Origin: Veleropilina oligotropha
Lineage: Eukaryota
Assembly (NCBI GenBank): GCA_048128005.1
Contig: JBEUKZ010000123.1
Span: forward strand, 310,001-374,000
DNA length: 64,000 nt
Direction of reading: 5' to 3'
The notes under the pieces were generated by a model, which did no database searches, was not told where the DNA came from, and saw nothing but the letters and a program-made list of their open reading frames with translations. A program made the translations under genes and the position numbers. Shown here piece by piece: positions 63,248 through 64,000 of the stretch (the first letter of the stretch is position 1; every line of letters begins with the position of its first letter).

Positions 63248-64000
63248 ACATATAACATATATGACATTGGCTTGTGACCATGACAATTGGTTGGAGATTT
63301 CTTCATCAGGTTTTTATGAACAGAAATTGCCCAGGAAGAATACTAGCTGAAAAAAAGTCTTGTCACTCGCAAAAATCATCTATTTTCGTACCATACAATA
63401 TTAGCATTGTTTTTATGTTGTAGATAAAGTTATTATTTTTATGTGAAATTAATCCATATCTGCAAGCTAGAAAAATGCAAATATACAAAATGAGGGCTGT
63501 TCCAGAAAAATTATATAGGGGGGGGGGGGGGGGGGGGTTGAAGGCAGTCGATATATTTTTCCATGGGTTGTTGTCTATTGCCAATTTCGAATTCTATAAG
63601 TTATTGTGATTTTAACAAGTCAATTCTATAGGTTATTGTGTTTTTCACTGTCATAGCTAAATAGCATGTCTTTGATAAGCAAGGTACGGGCCACATCGAT
63701 ATATCTATCATATTACGACTGAAACCATTTAAGACAATTCCGTTAATGTATTAATAATCTCTGGTCCGCCATTATGAAGGCAATATCAGAAGCCAAATGT
63801 CAACATGAAATGCACACATTTTACAGATAATGTTTGAACAAACAGGGGTTCCCGATTCCACTTGTTCACTGCTTTCTGAATATACCAGAAACAGCTGCAC
63901 ATCTAATAGTTATAATTGTAATCTCTCGGCGGGCTGGATTGTCTCCCCTAGTATGTAAATCTTATAACTGTTATCTATCTCTCACGCTCCGTGTAAAGGC

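Overview
AT-rich, intron- and transposon-rich animal (invertebrate-like) genomic DNA. There are two host genes. One is a complete 8-exon SAMD1-like chromatin gene on + (18005-40251): winged helix, AT-hook, double PHD, SAM, about 456 aa, with one GC-AG intron. The other is the last two exons of an NDUFA11/Tim17-family gene on - (61468-62912). The standout is a GC-rich, apparently intact 7,731-bp element in intron 3 of the SAMD1-like gene (22992-30722). It has 206-bp TIRs with AGCAGC...GCTGCT ends and a 5-bp TSD. It encodes a Polinton-type DDE integrase, a 1277-aa fusion protein (putative OTU-like protease, divergent family-B polymerase, SF1 helicase, HNH), small membrane-type ORFs and a Zn-finger ORF. 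No capsid, packaging ATPase or adenain protease is recognisable, so it looks like a miniature capsid-less Polinton/transpoviron-like replicon. Also present are a Crypton-like tyrosine-recombinase family whose internal segment is complementary to its joined ends (like a DIRS ICR), deeply nested TEs in intron 4, Helentron-type HINEs, tRNA-SINEs, CR1/L2 LINE relics, a dead hAT transposase and several MITEs. All domain calls come from motif recognition by eye; no searches were run.
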